From NCBI GenBank assembly GCA_951812855.1, contig OX638337.1, forward strand, positions 540,001 to 572,000: DNA of 32,000 bases. Direction: 5' to 3'. Source of the DNA: an uncultured Lentisphaeria bacterium (GTDB taxonomy: Bacteria > Verrucomicrobiota > Lentisphaeria > JABSQK01 > JAJFLO01). The notes beneath the pieces are model-generated. The model saw only the letters and a program-made list of their open reading frames with translations. It had not been told where the DNA came from and ran no database searches. Below, piece after piece: positions 26,083 to 32,000 of the stretch; the stretch's first letter is position 1; every line of letters begins with the position of its first letter. The translations under genes were made by a program, and so were the position numbers.

Positions 26083-27159
26083 TCACAGTAATTGTTTATG
26101 TTTAAATCTAATATGAGTCCCGCCGGTCACTAAATCTTTTATGACCTCTCTGCCGATGAAATCATGGGGGAAACCCAAATCTATTTTACTGACATTATTT
26201 AATCGCTGAATCTGATCATCATTGAGGTTAACGGATAAACAACCTATATTTTCTTTGATTTGTTTTATTCGGCGTGCACCGATAATGATACTTGAAACAC
26301 CTTGCCGGTTGATCAACCAGGATAAAGCAACCTGAGAGGGTGTCACTCCAGATTCTCTTGCAATATCAATCACTTCTTCTGCAATTTTAATATTCCGCTC
26401 TGTCAGACGTTTTATAACCGGACGGTCATTTTTGCCGGATGCATATTTATCTGGATTTTTATGAGCAAAATTTAAATCTTTCCGGGTATATTTTCCGCTA
26501 AGCAATGCGGCTCCGAGAGGTGACCAGGGCATCACCCCCAACCCCATATCACAGGCCATAGGAACAAGGTCTCGTTCTACAGTTCGCTGAATCAAACTGT
26601 ATTCTATCTGAAGTGCGATAAACGGCGTCCAGCCCTTCAGGACAGCCAAAGTATTTCCCCGGGCAATTTTCCATGCCGGCATATCGGAAACTCCAACATA
26701 CAAAATTTTTCCCGCTTTAACGGCATCATCTAATGCACGCATCACTTCTTCAACAGGAGTAACTTGATCGCAGATATGTACCCAATATAAATCAATGTAA
26801 TCGGTTTGAAGGCGCTTTAAGCTGGCATCGAGCGATTGAATAAGGTTTTTACGATGATTGCCCCCGGCATTGGGATCGCCACGGTACATATTAAGAGAAT
26901 ATTTCGACCCCGGGACAACCCGGTCACGGATTCCTTTCAGAAACTTTCCAATGAGTGTTTCGCTGGTGCCATTGGTGTAATAATTAGCGGTATCAATAAA
27001 ATTCCCGCCATGATCTAAATAGGTCTGTAAAATAGACCGACTCACTTTTTCAGTACTTCCCCACCCCCACTCTGTACCAAACGTCATTGTTCCCGGACAA
27101 AGCGGTGAAACCCTCAACCCACTATTGCCAGGCAACCGATAATCTTTTAATGAAGTCAT
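26083..27159 (-). CDS. Aldo/keto reductase family oxidoreductase
   Basis: 358 aa. LCPGTMTFG, GGNFIDTANYY, DYIDLYWVH, GVSDMPAW and IIGARR are typical AKR features. Confidence 0.9.
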   Translation of the reverse strand: MTSLKDYRLPGNSGLRVSPLCPGTMTFGTEWGWGSTEKVSRSILQTYLDHGGNFIDTANYYTNGTSETLIGKFLKGIRDRVVPGSKYSLNMYRGDPNAGGNHRKNLIQSLDASLKRLQTDYIDLYWVHICDQVTPVEEVMRALDDAVKAGKILYVGVSDMPAWKIARGNTLAVLKGWTPFIALQIEYSLIQRTVERDLVPMACDMGLGVMPWSPLGAALLSGKYTRKDLNFAHKNPDKYASGKNDRPVIKRLTERNIKIAEEVIDIARESGVTPSQVALSWLINRQGVSSIIIGARRIKQIKENIGCLSVNLNDDQIQRLNNVSKIDLGFPHDFIGREVIKDLVTGGTHIRFKHKQLL

Positions 27160-27358
27160 TGTGCTGTCAGATCACGTTTTTTCTTTTCCGGTCATTCATT
27201 CTTTATAATTTATTATGGCAATGAATCCCTCGTCATCATCATTCTCATTATCCTCTGAATCGATTTCAAAGTCAATTTAACGTTCATTGTATCATCCCTC
27301 GTTTAATACATTCACTGTAATAGTATTCGTAAAAATTATAATTTTTTTTTATTGGTAT

Positions 27359-29092
27359 CTATTGATTAAAAAAATCATCTATCCTTCCAGATTCCCAGCA
27401 ATTTAGTATATGATCTGCTGTCAACCAACCTTTTTGACAACATTTTATCCCCTGATCTATAAAATTAAAATGATTTAGATGATGTGCATCCGGATTCAAG
27501 CTGCAAATTACACCGCGATCAATCGCGTTATGCCAAAGACGCCAATCCATGTCCATTCTCTGAGGATGACAGTTTAATTCTATTGCCACGTTATTTTGAA
27601 CAGCTGCGTCAATTAATTTGTTAAAATCAACCTCATATCCATCTCGTTTTAAGAGAAGTCTTCCGGTTATATGAGCAAGAATTCGAGAACATGGATGTTC
27701 TATTGCTTTTACGATTCGCGATGTCATTGACGCTTTATCCAGCGTAAAACTGCTGTGAACCGAAATAATAACAAAATCGAGTCTTTCCAAAATCTGATCG
27801 TTATAATCTAACGATCCGTCTTTTAAAATATCACATTCAACACCTGAATACAGGGTTAATTGATTGTTGTATTTCGCTTTTAATTTATCCAGTGCATCTA
27901 TTTGATTCAACAACCGTTCAACACTCAATCCACTTGCCTGAAATGATGATTTACTGTGATCGGTAATTCCCAGATAACGATGACCAATTTTAATTGAATG
28001 GTTCACCAATTCCTCTAAATTATTCCGGCCGTCTGAATAATTTGAGTGACAATGTAAAACACCCTTATAGTCACTTTTCTCTACCAAATCAAATTTTTTA
28101 CACTCTCCGGCATGCTCTACTTCACCCATATTCTCACGTAATACCGGCGGGATGTAACACAATTCCAGCTTGTTAAAAAATTCAGCCTCATCCTGGCAGG
28201 GAATGAGTTCATCTGCGTGCCCATCGTCAACTTTGAATAATCCGCATTCACTGATTTTATATCCCATTGAGATTGCCCGTGACCGCATTGCAACATTATG
28301 ATCTTTACTTCCTGTAAAATGATGGAGTGCAAATGGGAAAATCTCGGAACTGACAATACGCAAGTCTGCCGACATGCCATTGTTCAATATAATAGAGGAT
28401 TTTGTCTTACCTTTAGCTGAAATCGAATCAATGTGTTCAAATTTGACAAAATGTGCCATCACATCTTCGGGCCGGTCAGAGGCAATCATGAGATCAATAT
28501 CCTTAGTCACTTCTTTATAACGTCTCAAACTCCCTGCGATTTCAATTTTCTGAATACATGGCAGCTGTTTAAGATAGTCAACAATTTCATCTGCCGTTTC
28601 ACGGGCGGCCGAATAGAGGAAAAATGATTCATATTGTCGGGATTTCTTTATTGAATCCAGAATTAACTCAGCAGTTTTTACCCCCATCCCCGGCAGAGCG
28701 GCAACCTGGCCATCCAAACATGCATGTTCAAGTTCTTCAACTGACATGATGTTTAAATCATGGTAAAAAACCTTGATTTTCTTAGGGCCCACTCCTCGCA
28801 ATTTCATTATTTCAAATAAAGAATCAGGAAATTCAGACTGTAAGTTTACCAAATATTGTAATTCTCCAGTATTAACGAATTCGGTCAACTTCTCTACAAG
28901 TGCTTTTCCAAAGCCTTTTGTTTTGGCAATTTCTCCGGATAATACAAACTCTTCAAAGTCAACATCCATTGTAGACAGAATACGGGCACCATTTTCGTAA
29001 GCACGAATCTTGAACGGGTTTTCTCCTTTGAGTTTTAGAAGTAATGAAATTTCTTCCAATAGATTGACGGCATCTTTTTTATCAATTTTCAT
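27359..29092 (-). CDS. polX: Family X DNA polymerase with C-terminal PHP domain (PolX)
   Basis: 577 aa. The N-terminal HhH/8-kDa region has FKIRAYENGARIL and GVGPKK. The palm has GSLRRYKEVTKDIDL. The PHP domain has LHCHSNYSDG ... ITDH. Confidence 0.93.
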   Translation of the reverse strand: MKIDKKDAVNLLEEISLLLKLKGENPFKIRAYENGARILSTMDVDFEEFVLSGEIAKTKGFGKALVEKLTEFVNTGELQYLVNLQSEFPDSLFEIMKLRGVGPKKIKVFYHDLNIMSVEELEHACLDGQVAALPGMGVKTAELILDSIKKSRQYESFFLYSAARETADEIVDYLKQLPCIQKIEIAGSLRRYKEVTKDIDLMIASDRPEDVMAHFVKFEHIDSISAKGKTKSSIILNNGMSADLRIVSSEIFPFALHHFTGSKDHNVAMRSRAISMGYKISECGLFKVDDGHADELIPCQDEAEFFNKLELCYIPPVLRENMGEVEHAGECKKFDLVEKSDYKGVLHCHSNYSDGRNNLEELVNHSIKIGHRYLGITDHSKSSFQASGLSVERLLNQIDALDKLKAKYNNQLTLYSGVECDILKDGSLDYNDQILERLDFVIISVHSSFTLDKASMTSRIVKAIEHPCSRILAHITGRLLLKRDGYEVDFNKLIDAAVQNNVAIELNCHPQRMDMDWRLWHNAIDRGVICSLNPDAHHLNHFNFIDQGIKCCQKGWLTADHILNCWESGRIDDFFNQ

Positions 29093-29403
29093 AATGCTTT
29101 AAATTTGTTAGAGCTAAAAAAATCATGAATAAAAATCTATGACGTACTGACAATGAATATAATGCTCAGACCATCATTATTAAAAATATTTGTTTAAAAA
29201 CACAGAATCCATTCTAATATTTATGTCACCGTTTAATAAATGAAAATTAATCCCGCCCGTGCTATTAATAATACCCTGACGGTTACATTAGGTTCAATTA
29301 ATTCCCATGTTATGACACATAGCACTGTTCTCAACACGGCTGTGGATTAATACATTTACGACTTATGTTCTGAATATATGTTTTATTTAAGAAAGGATCG
29401 ATA

Positions 29404-31092
29404 ATGGGCGATAATGAAAATGCCTCAAATTCTGATTTTATTCGCAGCAAGATAAACGACGACTTAAAAACGAATAAGTACAACGGCAGAGTTCATACAC
29501 GATTTCCTCCTGAGCCAAACGGTTATCTCCATATTGGCCATGCTAAATCAATATGTTTAAACTTCGGCATTGCCCAGGAATTTACGGGTTTATGCAATCT
29601 GCGTTTTGATGACACAAACCCGGAGAAAGAAGATATGGAATATGTCGATTCGATTATAGAAGACGTGGAGTGGCTTGGATTCGACTGGCAGGAACGAATG
29701 TATTATGCGTCAGATTATTTTGATCAACTTTATGATTGGGCAGTACAATTAATTAAGACAGAAAATGCTTATATCTGTGAATTAACATCTGATGAATTCA
29801 AAGATTACCGGGGAACCTTGACTGAACCCGGAAAAAACAGTCCATTCCGTAATCGACCCGCCGCAGAAAATCTGGAAATTTTTACGGACATGAAAGCTGG
29901 AAAAATTGAGGAAAACCAGTATGTACTGCGAGCAAAAATCGATATGGGTCATCCAAATTTACACATGAGAGATCCTGTCATCTATCGGATTATTAATACG
30001 TCACATCATCGAACCGGCAGTAAATGGCATATATATCCCATGTACGATTATGCACATCCTTTGTCCGATTCAATTGAAAACATAACACACTCACTGTGCA
30101 CCCTTGAGTTTGAGATTCATCGGCCTTTATATGATTGGTTTATAAATGCACTGGAACTTGAATCCCGCCCTGAACAAACTGAATTTTCCCGATTAAATCT
30201 AACCTATACGATAATGAGTAAACGTAAGCTGTTAGAACTCGTAACTGAAAAATTGGTCAACGGCTGGGATGACCCGAGAATGCCGACAATCTGTGGATTG
30301 CGGCGGCGTGGATACACGCCGGCATCACTGCGCAATTTTTGCAGTAAAATCGGTATTACAAAATTTAACAGTCTAACCGACATTGCACTATTAGAACACT
30401 GTGTCCGTGACGATTTAAATAAAACAGCAAATCGCGTTATGGTTGTTTTAGATCCACTAAAAATCATTATCGAAAACTATCCTGAAAACAAGACTGAAGA
30501 TCTGGATGCAATTAATAATCCGGAAGATGAATCGATGGGCAAACGAAAGGTACCATTTTCAAGAGAAATTTATATCGAACGAAATGATTTCCTCGAAAAT
30601 GCACCCAAAAAGTTCTTTCGATTGTCTCCGGGTAAAGAAGTAAGACTTCGATACGCCTATTATATTACCTGTACTAACGTCGTAAAAAATGAGGAGAGTG
30701 GAGAAATCATCGAACTAACTTGTACCTATGATCCGGAAACTCGAGGCGGATCTTCTCCGGATAAAAGAAAAGTCAAAGGGACACTTCACTGGGTTTCAGC
30801 TGAGCATGCTCTCAATGCAGAAGTCCGTCTCTACGACCGGCTCTTCACCGTTGAGGAACCCGATGCAGTAAAAGGTGATCACGGATACGAAAAATTCCTT
30901 AATCCCGAATCATTAAAAATACTTACAAATTGCAAAGCTGAACCAAGTTTGTCAACGGCAGCAGCAGGCAGCAGTTTCCAATTCGAACGGCAGGGATATT
31001 TTAATGTCGATCCGGATTCATCTGATTCTAATCACTTAATATTTAACAGGACAGTCGCCTTGCGCGATTCCTGGACAAAGAAAAACAAGTAG
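29404..31092 (+). CDS. glnS: Glutamine--tRNA ligase
   Basis: 562 aa. [26 protein letters not shown]...[10 protein letters not shown] (HIGH region) and TIMSKRKL (KMSKS) are near-collinear with the canonical GlnRS N-terminus. An RBS AAGGA lies upstream. Confidence 0.97.
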   Translation: MGDNENASNSDFIRSKINDDLKTNKYNGRVHTRFPPEPNGYLHIGHAKSICLNFGIAQEFTGLCNLRFDDTNPEKEDMEYVDSIIEDVEWLGFDWQERMYYASDYFDQLYDWAVQLIKTENAYICELTSDEFKDYRGTLTEPGKNSPFRNRPAAENLEIFTDMKAGKIEENQYVLRAKIDMGHPNLHMRDPVIYRIINTSHHRTGSKWHIYPMYDYAHPLSDSIENITHSLCTLEFEIHRPLYDWFINALELESRPEQTEFSRLNLTYTIMSKRKLLELVTEKLVNGWDDPRMPTICGLRRRGYTPASLRNFCSKIGITKFNSLTDIALLEHCVRDDLNKTANRVMVVLDPLKIIIENYPENKTEDLDAINNPEDESMGKRKVPFSREIYIERNDFLENAPKKFFRLSPGKEVRLRYAYYITCTNVVKNEESGEIIELTCTYDPETRGGSSPDKRKVKGTLHWVSAEHALNAEVRLYDRLFTVEEPDAVKGDHGYEKFLNPESLKILTNCKAEPSLSTAAAGSSFQFERQGYFNVDPDSSDSNHLIFNRTVALRDSWTKKNK

Positions 31093-31141
31093 TCAGATCA
31101 AGCAATTGACGCCATTCCATGGTAGAAAATCAGTAACCTGA

Positions 31142-31363
31142 TTAGTCTCTAAAAAGTCTAATGATACAATTAGCATTCCAGATTGGAAATTTTCCTGTAC
31201 AGCTTGTGATGAATGCTGCCGACGTTGGCATGTTGCACTGTCAGACGACGAGATAAAACACCACGAAGGATTTGAATGGGACGAAAACGATAAAATTCCT
31301 GATGAGGTAATCACAACGATTAACGATTATAAATACATCGCTCATGTCAAAAAGAGTCATTAA
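31142..31363 (+). pseudogene. Truncated YkgJ-family (CxxCxxCC cysteine-cluster) gene
   Basis: My plus-strand translation is LVSKKSNDTISIPDWKFSCTACDECCRRWHVALSDDEIKHHEGFEWDENDKIPDEVITTINDYKYIAHVKKSH*. It carries the F.C..C..CC signature. There is no in-frame ATG/GTG/TTG after the upstream stop. The body ends where the IS256-like sequence begins. Confidence 0.5.
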
Positions 31364-32000
31364 TCATCCATTTTCAGGTCCCGTTTTCCAGCGTCCCGTT
31401 GGTCATTGATTCCGATCAAAATAACACTTGCAAATCTGAGCAGTGATGCCTCGTTTGGGGAAAATGATGCGACGTGTGTTCGTCGCTTTAATCGTTTATT
31501 TATGTTTTCTGACATATTAGTAGCGGTACGTCATCGTCTATGGTGATGTCCGGGCAACTGATATACAGAGAAGCCGTCCTGGATATTATCGTGCATCAAG
31601 GCCGTCGATTTTGATGCTTTTTGTTCCTATTTTCCGATACTGATTTCGAGTAATCGCTCAGCTTCCTTTATCAAGGGGGCATTGAAGATATCCCGAATAT
31701 CCTGGGCAACCTCACGGTGCATTTCTTTTCCTCGATACGTAAGCCGTGGCATTGTACTGAAGGTGAACTTGGCAGCGTTGCCGGGGACTCAGGGGAAGCA
31801 TGTTTTTAATGCTGATTTAAGTCCTTCATGGTCATCAGCTGTTATCATTCTGATCCCTGATAAACCCCGTTTTTTCAAGGATCGGAGAAAATCTCGCCAA
31901 TGGACTTCTGCTTCACTAAAGAGATACACTTACACCGGGAATAGATCGTTTTCCCCCGGTATTCATCCCGATGGCAATAAGGACAGCACATGACCGTACA
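31360..32000 (-). mobile_element. IS256-family (Mutator-like) transposase gene remnant, degraded; continues past the window end
   Basis: My minus-strand translation gives the IS256 signature pieces in shifting frames with internal stops:
- CAVLIAIGMNTGGKRSIPGVSV
- EAEVHWRDFLRSLKKRGLSGIRMITADDHEGLKSALKTCFP*
- RQRCQVHLQYN
- KEMHREVAQDIRDIFNAP
- PGHHHRR*RTATNMSENINKRLKRRTHVASFSPNEASLLRFASVILIGINDQRDAGKRDLKMDD*
The segment is visibly more G+C-rich than its surroundings. Confidence 0.8.

Noticed and set aside
16939-30467. About eighteen short ORFs antisense to or nested in the kinase, cox, SCO1, ActF-like, phosphoesterase, AKR, PolX and glnS genes (e.g. 18209-18505, 19024-19290, 21467-21787, 28117-28380, 30204-30467).
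   Set aside because: These are shadow frames of confidently identified genes.
29404-31092. Idea that glnS is a recent horizontal acquisition, because its N-terminus is strikingly similar to the enterobacterial enzyme.
   Set aside because: GlnRS is highly conserved wherever it occurs. The composition looks native (AT-rich) and there are no flanking mobility signals on the 5' side. This cannot be supported without a phylogeny.
31093-31993. Track ORFs 31093-31314(-) and 31682-31993(+).
   Set aside because: The first is antisense to the CxxCxxCC-bearing plus frame. The second is antisense to the IS256 transposase signature pieces. Neither has motifs of its own.
1-32000. Looked for tRNA/rRNA genes (T-loop GGTTCGAATCC-like strings), CRISPR-like regularly spaced direct repeats, and long DNA-level repeats between the two Wzy_C-TPR paralogs.
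   Set aside because: The only TTCGAAT-type hits (about 5936, 8247, 16495) lie within a pseudogene ORF (5936) or intact coding sequence (8247, 16495) and lack acceptor or anticodon stem context. No periodic repeats were seen. The paralogs are similar only at the protein level. This was an eye scan, so tRNAscan-SE, Infernal and a repeat finder should confirm it.

Overview
AT-rich bacterial chromosomal window. The prepilin/DUF1559-type gene and the overall gene content suggest a PVC-superphylum organism (Lentisphaerota, Verrucomicrobiota or Planctomycetota-like); this is inference only.

Layout:
- 1-4800: a small defence island. It holds an intact, translationally coupled four-gene restriction-modification-like operon on the minus strand (HsdR_N-type PD-(D/E)xK protein, SPPY methyltransferase, DPPY methyltransferase, 413-aa HNH protein). 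To its left lie decayed remnants of older R-M genes, fused onto a 5'-truncated membrane glycosyltransferase-like gene.
- 4900-14650: a cell-surface cluster. It contains a pilin-like gene, a heavily frameshifted TMTC-like (PMT_2+TPR) pseudogene, and two large paralogous O-antigen-ligase-like/TPR/unknown-C-terminal-domain proteins. A DCC-family oxidoreductase and a coupled membrane protein accompany them.
- 14650-16165: gene debris, including a porin-like pseudogene.
- 16168-29092: a long minus-strand block. In transcription order it reads PolX, aldo/keto reductase, ComEA-like fragment, metallophosphoesterase, polyprenyl synthase, an orphan ActF-like membrane protein, a small membrane protein, SCO1, caa3-type cytochrome c oxidase II/I/III/IV, and a ROK-like kinase.
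- 29404-32000: glnS, a truncated YkgJ-like gene and a degraded IS256-family transposase.

I saw no rRNA, tRNA or CRISPR array by eye.

Best candidates for something new:
- the mixed-nuclease, two-methylase R-M-like operon;
- the paralogous Wzy_C-TPR-unknown-domain proteins next to a pilin-like gene;
- the unusually high density of gene remnants around intact housekeeping genes.

All homology statements come from motif recognition by eye, not from database searches.
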